Shown here: piece after piece, positions 1 through 10,700 of the stretch
Layout of the letters: each line of letters starts with the position of its first letter
Numbering within the stretch: the stretch's first letter is position 1
Virus record (IMG/VR): IMGVR_UViG_3300007734_000747
DNA: 64,000 bases
From: an uncultured virus (IMG/VR IMGVR_UViG_3300007734_000747)
Taxonomy: Duplodnaviria > Heunggongvirae > Uroviricota > Caudoviricetes
Reading direction: 5' to 3' (one strand)
Notes under the pieces: generated by a model
The model's input: the letters and a program-made list of their open reading frames with translations, nothing else
Told to the model about the DNA's origin: nothing
The model's database searches: none
Translations under genes and position numbers: made by a program

Positions 1-234
1 AGAACGCCTCATGGCACCATCATTAAGAGTTTGAAAGAAAGGTTCACCTGTTCAGACCGCGATAACTTCAACAAGTTCGTAATAGAAACGGGCGCTGTTG
101 AATTGTTTGAAGCACGTCTTCACCAAGGTAACTTTAAAGAATTCATGTCCGAGCGTCATGCAGAAGGTTTGCCGCCCGGTGTGAACGTGATGCGTGAATT
201 CGCTATCACAGTACGTAAACCATCAGTCAAATAA
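1..234 (+). CDS. Phage replication-module hypothetical protein (5' truncated)
   Basis: Frame is open from base 1 (RTPHGTIIKSLKERF...LPPGVNV..AITVRKPSVK*) and directly precedes the SSB-like gene. Confidence 0.75.
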   Translation, partial: RTPHGTIIKSLKERFTCSDRDNFNKFVIETGAVELFEARLHQGNFKEFMSERHAEGLPPGVNVMREFAITVRKPSVK

Positions 235-251
235 AGTTAAAGGAAATAACC

Positions 252-1088
252 ATGAGTACAGAACTCGCAACCATTCTCGCCAACAATCCCTTGATGATTC
301 AGACCGGTGTCGATGAAGACACGGCAGCGGTTGCTGGCGGTAGTGCAAATCAAACTAAGCGTCTCTCTATCAAAGGCGGTGTATTTCGTAAGATGGTAGG
401 CGGTAAAGAAGTAGGCAGTATTGAAGACCGCCACATGAATGTTATCTTCGTTCGTATGGCACACAGCGCGTCACGTCAATGTTATGAGGGTACGTATGAA
501 GAAGGAAAAGTCGCATCCCCCGTCTGTTGGTCAAACGACTCCGTTAAGCCTGACGATGATGTTGAACACCCATGTGCGCCAACTTGCGATGTATGCCCTA
601 ATTCAGCCAAAGGCTCCAACGACTCTGGGGTTGGCGCGAAATGTAAGCTTTCATGGCGCACGGCTGTCGTCCTTCCAAAAGACCCAAGTGGTGACGTATT
701 GGAATTCGTTATCCCCGCAGCTTCGACTTTCGGTAAGGAAGAGAACGGAAGATGGCCTTTCAAATCTTACATCGGCATGTTGGCTAACAACAACGTCAGT
801 AAGGGGCGCGTGGTAACTAAGGTGCAGTTTGATACTAAGGTGCAGTTCCCTAAAGTATTGTTTAGTCCAGCGGGTGCAGTTGATGCCGACGACTACGACG
901 TTGTTGCTGCACAAGGTAAAACTCCTGCCGCTGAATCCGCTATTAAACTTTCTGTCTACAAGAAGAAAGAGACAGCAGCAGAGGATGACGTAGCGGTGGC
1001 AGAGCCAACCGTTAGAGAAACAACTAAGCGCGCTCCAGCGCAAGCAACCGACGCTTCTGAAGTAGTTAAGAAGTGGACTAAGAAATAA
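252..1088 (+). CDS. Putative single-stranded DNA-binding/annealing protein
   Basis: 278 aa; AAGGA RBS; Cys cluster (C..CDVC..C); acidic/low-complexity C-tail ending in an aromatic residue; lies in the replication module. Confidence 0.6.
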   Translation: MSTELATILANNPLMIQTGVDEDTAAVAGGSANQTKRLSIKGGVFRKMVGGKEVGSIEDRHMNVIFVRMAHSASRQCYEGTYEEGKVASPVCWSNDSVKPDDDVEHPCAPTCDVCPNSAKGSNDSGVGAKCKLSWRTAVVLPKDPSGDVLEFVIPAASTFGKEENGRWPFKSYIGMLANNNVSKGRVVTKVQFDTKVQFPKVLFSPAGAVDADDYDVVAAQGKTPAAESAIKLSVYKKKETAAEDDVAVAEPTVRETTKRAPAQATDASEVVKKWTKK

Positions 1089-1096
1089 GGGTAACT

Positions 1097-1414
1097 ATGC
1101 CACGGCCTTACAGTACGAAGTTTTTGAGTAGATTAGACGAAGTAGTAAATGACCACTATCGCGTTGGACTTAGGTTGGCAAAGTTTTGTGTAAGAGCAAA
1201 TCTTCCAGCTAAGTACGTAGCCGCTGCATTAGAAGTTTCACGGGCTACGATTCACAATTGGTTTAGGGGCGCTATTCTACGAGGCAAAAACGAAGATATG
1301 GCTTTGGCGTTTATCAACTTGGTAGAAAAAGATTTAGCGGACGGAGTATTGCCCGCTAAGTCTATAAAAGATGCCAAAGCCTACATAGAAGACATGATAG
1401 GTAAGCAGATTTAA
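1097..1414 (+). CDS. HTH (Xre/Cro-like) DNA-binding protein
   Basis: AKYVAAALEVSRATIHNWFRG is a typical helix-turn-helix pattern. Confidence 0.75.
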   Translation: MPRPYSTKFLSRLDEVVNDHYRVGLRLAKFCVRANLPAKYVAAALEVSRATIHNWFRGAILRGKNEDMALAFINLVEKDLADGVLPAKSIKDAKAYIEDMIGKQI

Positions 1415-1654
1415 CGGGGAAAAGCGGATGCTGTGAACTCTGAACCGAGTGCGGATGCACGGCGCTCAACTCACAGAAGTAGCGAGTACCCCACCCTACG
1501 GGGGAAAAGCGGATGCTATCGTGCGACTCATTGCCACTAACAGTGTGTATTGCAGGTAGACGTAGCGAGTACCCCACCCTACGGGGGAAAATGGTTCTAG
1601 ATATGGTGAAGCGGAGATACTTTGTTTTGTCCAGCGCCATGAGTACCCCACCCA
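1415..1654 (+). repeat. Tandem array of three ~83-nt structured units (candidate ncRNA array)
   Basis: Identical 30-mer GTAGCGAGTACCCCACCCTACGGGGGAAAA at 1479-1508 and 1562-1591; half-copies at 1415 (CGGGGAAAAGCGGATGCT) and 1641 (GAGTACCCCACCC); interiors differ and are self-complementary. Confidence 0.85.
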
Positions 1655-1661
1655 TTAACAC

Positions 1662-1687
1662 AAGGCAGGAGAAATCCTGCCTTTCTT
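1662..1687 (+). terminator. Hairpin/likely intrinsic terminator after the array
   Basis: AAGGCAGGA-GAAA-TCCTGCCTT followed by TCTT. Confidence 0.6.
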
Positions 1688-1699
1688 GTCTCTGCGGAT

Positions 1700-4558
1700 A
1701 TGATAAAACAATTTTACGAGAAAGCATTGCCTTCGCAGGGCGTTTACTGTGTAACTAAAATAGATGGCAGAGTTATACAGAAATTTGCGGAGTCTATAGA
1801 AGATGTCGAAACTATTGCAAGCATGTTTAGAATGGAAGAAGCAAATGTCTACGTCGCACTTGCTTCCTTCGATGGTTATAGCCGCAAGGCAGAGGACGCG
1901 CAATTCTTACGTTCATTCTTCGTTGATCTTGACGTTGGGGCGGGGAAAGCAGCTCTCGGAAGAGGATACGATAGTAAAGGGGATGCTCTCGTTTCATTAC
2001 ACGCTTTCATCCCAAGAGTTGGCCTACCTTCCCCCGTTATCATCGATTCCGGTACAGGCATACACGCCTATTGGTTATTTGATCGGGACATCCCCGTTGC
2101 AGAGTGGAAGCCTTACGCTGAGAAGTTCAAAGCGCTCTGCATTGGAAACGAGTTGTACATCGACCCTGTGGTTACTGCTGACGTTGCGCGAATCATGCGC
2201 TGTCCTGATACGTTCAACTATAAGACAACTCCGCCAACTAAATGTGAGGTTATATCGGACGAGCTGCCGGTATATTCGTTCGATGAGTTCAAAGAGTTCT
2301 TAGGCATAGTAGAAGAGTCGCCAGCAGAAATCTTAAAGAACCTGCCCAAAGGTTTGGACGACGACACTAAAGCATTGATGAAGCTGGACAATCAGGAGAC
2401 ACGTTTTGAAAAAATCGCTATCAGAAGTCTTGAAGGAGATGGATGCGGACAGATTAAGTGGGCTATTGAAAATGCTGCATCCTTACCTGAGCCAATGTGG
2501 ACAGCAGCACTTTCCATCGCTCAGCACTGCGTTGATCGAGATGACGCCATTCATAGGCTATCAGAAGATTATCCCAAGTATTCATTTTCAGATACGGAAC
2601 GCAAGGCAACATTACGCCAAGGAAAGCCATATTCTTGCATCACCTTCGACAACGAAAACCCCGGAATCTGCGACACCTGCGAGCATAGAGGAAAGATTAC
2701 CAACCCACTCGCTCTTGGACGAATTATCAAAATCGCGCAAGCTCCTAAAGAGGACGCAGTTCGGGAGCAAACGAATACCGAAGGTTTTTCAGCAAACGTA
2801 ATACCAGACCATCCACAGGCGTTATACCCATACTTCAGAGGTGAGTCAGGCGGTATCTATTATCAGCCGCCACCTAAGATAGACAAGAAAGGTAATAAGA
2901 AAGAGCAAGACCCACAGCTTATCTATCCGCATGAGTTGTTTCCTATTCGCAGGATGTTTAGTAAGGCTGATGGTGAGATATTAATGATGCGTCTTCTGTT
3001 GCCTAAAGATGCGCCGCGCGATTTCATGGTGACTACTAGGAGTTTGAATGCGTCTGACGAGTTTAAGAAAGCTATTGGGTTTATGGGCGTTACAGGTAAC
3101 GCAGATAAATTGGTGCATATCATGGGGTATATCATGAAGTGGGGGCACTACTTACAGACACAGGCAGAAGCTGAGTTAATGCAGATGCAGATGGGCTGGA
3201 CAGAAGTAATAGGCGACGAGCGGCTGGGCCGAGAGTATGTCATAGGCAATCATTTAATTAGATCAAACGGATCGATTGTGTCCACGCCTGCTTCACCTAT
3301 GGTTAAGAGTGTATCGAAACATTTTGAGCCGAAAGGAACCTTTGAGCGTTGGCAGGAGTCTGCTCAACAGTTGAATCGCCCATCGATGGAGATGCACGCG
3401 TTTGGTACGTTAATTGGTTTGGGTTCACCGCTTATGCCGTTGACGTCTACGCCGGGCGCTATCGTTAGTTATACAGGTAAATCAGGCAACGGTAAGACAG
3501 GGGCGCTGTATGCTAACTTAAGTATTTGGTGTAATCCGGTTGGTATCTCAGTGTTCGATGCGACAAACAATGGTTTGAATCAGCGGTACGTCACATTGAA
3601 GAACGCAGCGTTCGGGGTTGATGAAGCGCATACCCGCAAGATAGAAGAGTTAAGCAAGATGGTTCACGCTATCTCTCAGGGTAAAGCCAAGATCAGGATG
3701 CAGGGATCCATTAACGCTGAGCGAGAGCATGAACTCTTAGCGTCGTCCATTGCCATGATGACTTGTAACATGCCGCTACTGGATATGATTATGTCCAACA
3801 ACTCTATGGCTACAGGCGAGATGGCACGTATGATTGAGTTTCTTGTAATGAAACCACGGCTGTTGGTTGAAGAACCAGACTTTGGCCCGAAAGTGTTCGA
3901 TGCGTTCAAGTATAACTACGGTCATGCAGGACGCAAACTTATTCCAGCTTACTTCTCAACAGGTGAAGCGGCACTGACGGACATAGTGAAAGAGTGGATT
4001 GAACGATTTAAGAAAGACTTTGGCAACGACGCGATCTACCGTTTTTACGAGAACATTATTGGTGCGGCTATGGCAGGTGGCGTGATAGGGAATGAGTTTG
4101 GCATTATTGATTATGACTTGAACCGTATCTACGAGAAGGTGTGCGGGGAGATGATTAACATACGCGACAAGGTAGTTACCCTTGGCGAGACAGATCACTC
4201 AGCGTTGGTTGGTGACTTCATCAATAAATACTACACAGGCTTTCTGGGTATCAACGACGGCAAAGTTACTATGGAGCCACGCACTAGCCTTGTAGGGCGA
4301 ATAGACTTAGCGACAGGGTTAGTAACTATATCTACCACTGAGTTTAAAAAGTATCTGACGGATAAGAATGTTAGCTCACGAGAGTTTGAACAAAACATGA
4401 AAGAGAGAAATATTCTTATTGAAGTTAAGAAGTCCCGCCTTGACGCAGGATGGAAGCAAGCGTTGAGTATCCTTGATAAAAATATGAATGTGAACACTTA
4501 TGTCTTTGCCACCGAAATCCCCGATACCTTCTTCAGCGGAGATGGAGAAACTGACTGA
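1700..4558 (+). CDS. DNA primase-helicase (AEP-type primase N-terminus; DUF927-like P-loop C-terminus)
   Basis: FFVDLDVG and DSGTGIHAYW primase motifs, Cys/His cluster, Walker A GKSGNGKT, Walker B FGVDEA; 952 aa. Confidence 0.85.
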   Translation: MIKQFYEKALPSQGVYCVTKIDGRVIQKFAESIEDVETIASMFRMEEANVYVALASFDGYSRKAEDAQFLRSFFVDLDVGAGKAALGRGYDSKGDALVSLHAFIPRVGLPSPVIIDSGTGIHAYWLFDRDIPVAEWKPYAEKFKALCIGNELYIDPVVTADVARIMRCPDTFNYKTTPPTKCEVISDELPVYSFDEFKEFLGIVEESPAEILKNLPKGLDDDTKALMKLDNQETRFEKIAIRSLEGDGCGQIKWAIENAASLPEPMWTAALSIAQHCVDRDDAIHRLSEDYPKYSFSDTERKATLRQGKPYSCITFDNENPGICDTCEHRGKITNPLALGRIIKIAQAPKEDAVREQTNTEGFSANVIPDHPQALYPYFRGESGGIYYQPPPKIDKKGNKKEQDPQLIYPHELFPIRRMFSKADGEILMMRLLLPKDAPRDFMVTTRSLNASDEFKKAIGFMGVTGNADKLVHIMGYIMKWGHYLQTQAEAELMQMQMGWTEVIGDERLGREYVIGNHLIRSNGSIVSTPASPMVKSVSKHFEPKGTFERWQESAQQLNRPSMEMHAFGTLIGLGSPLMPLTSTPGAIVSYTGKSGNGKTGALYANLSIWCNPVGISVFDATNNGLNQRYVTLKNAAFGVDEAHTRKIEELSKMVHAISQGKAKIRMQGSINAEREHELLASSIAMMTCNMPLLDMIMSNNSMATGEMARMIEFLVMKPRLLVEEPDFGPKVFDAFKYNYGHAGRKLIPAYFSTGEAALTDIVKEWIERFKKDFGNDAIYRFYENIIGAAMAGGVIGNEFGIIDYDLNRIYEKVCGEMINIRDKVVTLGETDHSALVGDFINKYYTGFLGINDGKVTMEPRTSLVGRIDLATGLVTISTTEFKKYLTDKNVSSREFEQNMKERNILIEVKKSRLDAGWKQALSILDKNMNVNTYVFATEIPDTFFSGDGETD

Positions 4559-4745
4559 AGAGCCAGAGTGGATTTTTCCGTATGACTATATGGCGGTTGG
4601 GGAGAGCTTCTTTATCCCCACACTGCGCCCTGCCCAAATGATGTACGCAGCAGACATTGCCGCTAAGAAGGCACGCGTTAGGGTAAAGATATACACCTGT
4701 GATAAGGAAGGACACCTAGGCATCCGAGTGTGGCGGACTGCCTAG
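4542..4745 (+). CDS. Small hypothetical protein (possible DNA-binding)
   Basis: Probable ATG at 4542 overlapping the primase end; FPYDYMAVGESFFIP...GIRVWRTA pattern seen in small phage proteins. Confidence 0.6.
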   Translation: MEKLTEEPEWIFPYDYMAVGESFFIPTLRPAQMMYAADIAAKKARVRVKIYTCDKEGHLGIRVWRTA

Positions 4746-7700
4746 GGTTTGACTCCATACACTTTGTATAAATTTACTAAGCGCGCTTTCTCAAAGTTTT
4801 CTTGAAGCACAGCGTTTTTAACTAAAGCAGTTCTGGTTTTAATGCCTAGCCCTTGCATTGTTCGGTACATATTAGCTTCAGCACGTAAGTCTTTTAAGTG
4901 CCCGTTAACATCACCGTTATACATTTCAGCTAACATTTCATTAAGCGGGTGTTTAGCAATATATTTATCGTACTGCTCTGGGTCACTTGCTTTAAACATT
5001 TTAATGGTTGCATCCCGTTTCTTTAAATCCTCTTCTATCTTAGACCACTGACGAGCATCAAAGTTAGAGCGCGTTCCAAAGAAACTATCTAAGAACATAG
5101 TATCCGTATGGGCATTAAAATCTTTTTTACCAGACAACCACAGACCTATGCTTATTGGGCTGTTGACTAAGTTAGATGCACCGTCCAAATAGTTGTTAAA
5201 GAAAAAATACAACGTGTTAGGGCTAATATTTAAATCACCATTTGTTGTTTTAACTAGCCAACGCGACGCAAACTTAAAGCTTTCAGGAATATTATCTCCA
5301 CCAGTATAGGCATCTCCATAACGTGTTTGGCGGTTGTTGTATATCTGATGACCCAACGCATCGACATTCATAGCGTATTCTATTGGAGGTCTAGTAATAG
5401 AAGGAAACACAGAATCAATAGCAAACTCTAATGGTTTATCTATCGGACTTATACGTGATATTGGCAATGGCAAGAAAGAATCCATGACAATTGCCCTTAT
5501 ATTGTCTAAATATTCCGCTGTGCTTGTTGGATTTTTAGAGTCCGTCATAGCCGCCAACTGCGCGCCAATTGCTGAAAATGCTCCAAGACCGTAGCCCCAA
5601 GGCATTTGAAATGGAGTATCTAAGCCGGGTATATGGAATCGAGCAAACTTTGTCCACCGAGCCATATCATCTGTTGACACCCTATCGCGCCCTAACTCAT
5701 CATTATCAGAGCCAGCCTTTGCCATTAAATATGTAATAAAACCAGCGCCTATCAATGCGCCCATAACAATGCGTGAACTTGTTTGAATTTGTCCGTAGTT
5801 CTCATCAAACGTAGCCAAAGCTTTTTCCATTACAGCAAGTTCTTCTTTAAGTTTCTTTTCTTCTGTGTCAGTAACACCTTTGCTAAGCTTTTCTTTAATG
5901 ATGGCAGCGCGCGCAAACTCTGGTAAAGACAGCTTAACTTGTGCTTTATTTCTAAAGGCAGGAGCCACAGCATCCATAGCGCGTACAGCGCCTGTTGCTG
6001 ACGGGCGGAAGAACATAAACAAACCGCCTAGCACTTTACCCCACTCACCTACTTGTTCAAAGTTAGCAAGATTTTTGGCGTAAGCAGAAGCGGTAACGGT
6101 TGCAGCGTTTTCAATTTCTTTTTTAGTCTTCCCGCCTTTTTTGGAAAGCACAGCTATTTCATTTGATTTAGCAATACGGAACGCAGACACCCTCGATGCC
6201 ATCTCAAACGTATCTATCCAAACGTCAAAAAATCTATCTATATTTTCTTTGGTAAGTATCTTACCGCTAGGTAGTTTTGATAATTCTTGCATCTGCCCTT
6301 TAGCAGCAATACCTTGAATGTAAGACACTTTACCGCCGGTCTTTACATAGTCCATCAAATCTTTGTAGTAATCATCAGTCTTAGCAAGTTGCTCAATTAC
6401 TTTAGTATTGCCTTGACTATACAGCGCGCTAAAGCGCCATGACTTAAACATGTTTCCGTTTATAACATTAAATGCAACAGCGCCTAAATACCGGAACGAT
6501 TGAAGAGGCCCCAAGAAACCTTTGCCTTCTGCACCGATTGTCCAAGCGTTGGTTAATACGTCACGCACAAAGTTAACAGCAGCAAACTTCAAGTTGTATC
6601 GGGTGTGCATCTGCCCAACGCGCCCAGTATATAAATTGGCTTTGTTTACTACCCAATCAGCCAATGGGTTAGTATCCCTGTATGTACGACGTATTGCTTC
6701 GCGTTGCGCCCTGTCATTAATTTGAATGACCGCAACTTTGCCATCAGGCATGTAGTGGAAAATCTTAGTGTTACCCTTTAGTTCTTCAAGTAACTTCTCG
6801 TTAGCGCGGTCTTCAAAGTTAACTACTTGTACAACTCTACCATCTAACGTAAGGTCATTAACCGCGTTGTATATCGATTGCGTTACGTCTTTACGCCCAG
6901 CCCGCATAGAAGCTTTAGCCCCGTCTGCCATAAGTTGGAGGAGAGGGTTCTCAGGCACGGTCGCACGACCTTCAAAGGTGTGTATATCTTCTTGCAGCTC
7001 GCCACCTAATTTACGGCTGTCGGTATTAAATATATCTGCCTTGTCTTCATTAAAGTTTTTACCTTTAAACGGCACATAGTTATTAAACCCATAGAACATG
7101 ATGTAGTTCTTGGCGTAAGCGGACATGTAGTTTGCCATCTCGTTAAGCTCGATAACCGCATCATTAACGGCTTTTAACTTATCAAGAACTTTATCCGCAG
7201 CAGCTTTATGTTTGTTGTATTCAGCGGTTGCCGCTTTAATTTGGTCAGGAGAATAACCAGCAACATTATATTTTTGACTGTTTCTATCTAAGTACGGTTG
7301 GTCTTTCTCTTCCTTACTGAGATTATTCTTGTCGTTGACAATAGCATTGAGCTGATCCCGGAGGTACTTAGCGCCAGACAAGTCTAATTTATGTTTATTT
7401 AGATACGCATAGATTTCGTTACGCGCAGCAAACGGAGACACCTTATCACCATTAGAGTCAGTTAATATAGGGCTAATAGACAGCGGCACTTCACGTAAGT
7501 ACAACACCTCGCGGCGTTCATCTTCATGGCGGGCAATAGCAAACAAGCCAAGTTCTTTAAGCGCGGTATCAATATCTAAATCACGTTCTTTGGCGTACTT
7601 AACAATCTCTTTACGCACCGCTTCGTTGTGTTCCTGCACGTACTGTGAATACATCCAATGCGCGTTGCCAGACGATAAAGTAATTTGATCGTAAATATTA

Positions 7701-10700
7701 TTGAAGCCAGTTGAGTAAGAAACTAAACGCCCTGTCAACCACAACCTACGTTGCCAATTTTTAATAGCGGCGCGGTCATTCTGGAATATACGTACAGCAC
7801 CTTCCGCAATTTTACTTTTGCTAAACGATTTAACAGTATCACTAACACTAAAGTTAGGGCTAGGCACTGAATCACGCAATGCTTTAAAGCTTGTATCGCC
7901 ACCAGCGGGCGCAGGGATAGGTGGCTTAGTGGACTTAGCCATGTAGGACACGCCTACAGCGGGGGCAGTACGTTCAATCTTAATAATCTGTTCAATCTGG
8001 GTCAGTACATCCCCAAGCACGCTACCATACACGCCGCCAGCTTCTTCTCGTTCTTCACGGGTAAGCATACGGTTACGGAAGCCAAGCATCTCCATAACGC
8101 GTTTGGCAAACAGAGAGAATACGTTTTGTTTCTTGCCCTCTGTCTCCATAGGAGGCAGATTACCCATAGCTGTTTGAAACTCTGGATTAGAAAACGCTTG
8201 AGCTATAAACTCTTTAAGAGTACCAACATCAAACTTTTTACCTAGTTGAGAGTTAACGTATTTTTGTAAACGATCTAGCTGATTGACCGCCGCTTGCTGT
8301 TCTTTAGTTAGGTTGCCACGGTTGTCAACAATGTGGTCTGTCATGTAATGAGTAAGTTCATGCAGCACCACAACATCTAAGCGGTCTTTACCTAGATTGT
8401 CTAAATCAATCGTAATAGTTTCAGTTGATGGGTCATACTTGCCCGAGTGTCCGTCTTCTACTTTGCCTATAACAATATTAGGACGCGCGCCTTTACCGCC
8501 AGACAAGCGGTCTATAAGCTTTTCTCTTTCCGCTTCGTATTCTTTTATTACGGTTTTAGCGGCTTTCTCTGCTTTAACTAAATCTTCTGGTACATCTTCA
8601 TCTGGGTTTGTATACCTATACTTCTCAGCGGCAGCTACACTCTTACGAGCGGCTTCGTAATCTTTGTTGTTAGTTTTTGCCCACTCCGCTAATTTCTTTT
8701 CTATAGAACTCTTAGTTTTGGATACATCAAAAGTTTTAAATACGTCATAAATTTTTCTAGCAAACATCGCCGTGATCGAGTCATTAACTCTTTCATTGGC
8801 AATAGCGGCAAACACTTCATCAATATCCCCGCTTTCCAGTGCTTTACGAACATTGGCGTCGCGTTTCTGCTCAAGTGTTTCTATTTGAGTCGGGCCGGTT
8901 TTTTCTTTAGTAGGCGTGACTTTGCGCGCTGGCTTCTCAGCTTCGGTAACTAATTTTTCAACTTTATCTTTTGATCTTTCTTCACGGCTCTTACGTTTAT
9001 CCGCCCCAGTAGTAGTTCTACCAACATTCTTAGCGCCACGTATTTCTTTGTGAAATAGTTCTTCAGTTTTTTTATCAATAGCCTTTTGTTGCTCTTTTGA
9101 TAGACTTTTAATAAATCTACCCCGCACCCCAGCTTGTTTACGACGCTCTTGGTTAAGTCTAGTTTCATCAACATTATCGTCAAATAATTTTATTAGCTCA
9201 GCTTCCGGCATCTTTTGCAAAACGTCAAGCGTTGTAGCTTTTTCAGGTTTATCTACTTCTTCACCTCTAGCTACAGCTTCATCGTAAGCTTTTTTCCGCG
9301 CTTCGTTTTCTTGCTCTACCAATGGTTTAACATTTTCTGCAACCTTTGGATATGCCGCGTCATATAAATCAAAAGCTGTTTCAGAAACAGCGTAATCAAT
9401 ACCTTCTGCAATAGACTCAGCGGGTTTAGCGCGAGTCTTAGTCTTCATCTGTAAGAACGCGGTTTGTTCAGGCGTGTGCTGTTCTACCGGAGCGGCCTTA
9501 TCTTCTTCAAGCTTGATGGTGCGTCTTTCCGGCTCCACAATTTTTGTAGCAGGCGGCGGCTTTACTGGCTTGTTTTTCTTGCCTACGCTTTCCGCTTTTG
9601 TTAACTCCGCTTCTTCTGCTAATTGAGCTTCTAATGCTAAACGCAGCGATTCTTCTAAATGCTCTTCTTCTGGTGTTAATGCAGCAAGCTGTGTTCCTTC
9701 TGCCACATTATCTGTTGTAGCATCCCCTCCAGTATCGACCATTCCAGATACGTTAGATGTATTAACTCCGGTGGGGGTTCCTTCCATTGCTGGTGCAGAG
9801 CCAACAGTGCCAAGCTTATTTGCTGCTGCGTTAATTGTTGCAGGTGGCTGGACATTTTCTTCCCCCTTTCCTAGCTCTTGTTGCGTTAAATAATTTGCCT
9901 TCCATTGGTCTTTAGCGCGGCGCTGCTTAGTTCTCTCTATGCCAGACGCCTTTGGGTCAACAGTAGGAATGCCTAGTTCAGCCTGTACAGTTTTAAGGTA
10001 CGCCTTTTGTTCTTCCTTAGTATCAAGCCCCATCTCTATGAGTTGAGGTTCTAATTCTTTACGTACCTTTTCTGTGCTGACGTCATTAGCAGCGTAGGCT
10101 GCGGCAACATTCTCTTTAGTTAGAGCAGCAGGGGTAGGAGTTGTTACTTGTTGTTCCGCAACAGGGGCAGGAGTTGTTACTTGTTGCTCCGCAATAGGTG
10201 CGGGGGTTGTTACTTGTTGTTCAGGCGGTCTACCTACAGCGCCAGCTTGTAGGTAAGTAGGTAATTCTATTTTGCCTTGCGCATCAGGCACGGCGGTTTG
10301 TTCTATTTTGGCGGCTTCTTCTTTAGCTTTAATAGTGGCTTGTTCAGCCGCGTATTCTTTAGCCATTACTTGGTCTTGCGCTTTCATCTTTTGATAAGCG
10401 TGACCCGGCACACCGATAGTGCCGCCTAACACCGCACCGCCTATAAAGTTCTCAAAGTATTCTCGTCTAGCATCTTCATTGGTGATATTAAGCCCAGCTT
10501 GAGCGCGTTCCAATACCGCTTGCGCAGATTCTGTAAGACCCTCTGTACCAGACGTTTTAGCTACTTGTTTAATGATTGATTGCTTAGCAACCTCTTCTAT
10601 TTCCCGTTCACCTAATCTAAAACCAGCTTTACCAAGGATATTGCCAAGCCCCGGCATCATTTTTAAACTTAAAGTATCTAAAGCGGCTTGCGGAATAGAA

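Noticed and set aside
816..847. 14-bp direct repeat ACTAAGGTGCAGTT in the SSB-like gene
   Set aside because: A short in-frame duplication (TKVQF twice) with no further structure.
1415..1654. Calling the array a CRISPR array
   Set aside because: There are only two full repeats plus halves, the ~53-nt spacers are self-complementary and share conserved ends, and there is no cas operon. Kept as an unknown structured array.
1415..1654. Calling the units tRNAs
   Set aside because: The ends look acceptor-like, but there is no TTCRA T-loop or cloverleaf.
1362..1903. ORFs 1362-1727(-), 1513-1758(+) and 1655-1903(-)
   Set aside because: They overlap the repeat array, hairpin and primase start, with no RBS or protein-like signal.
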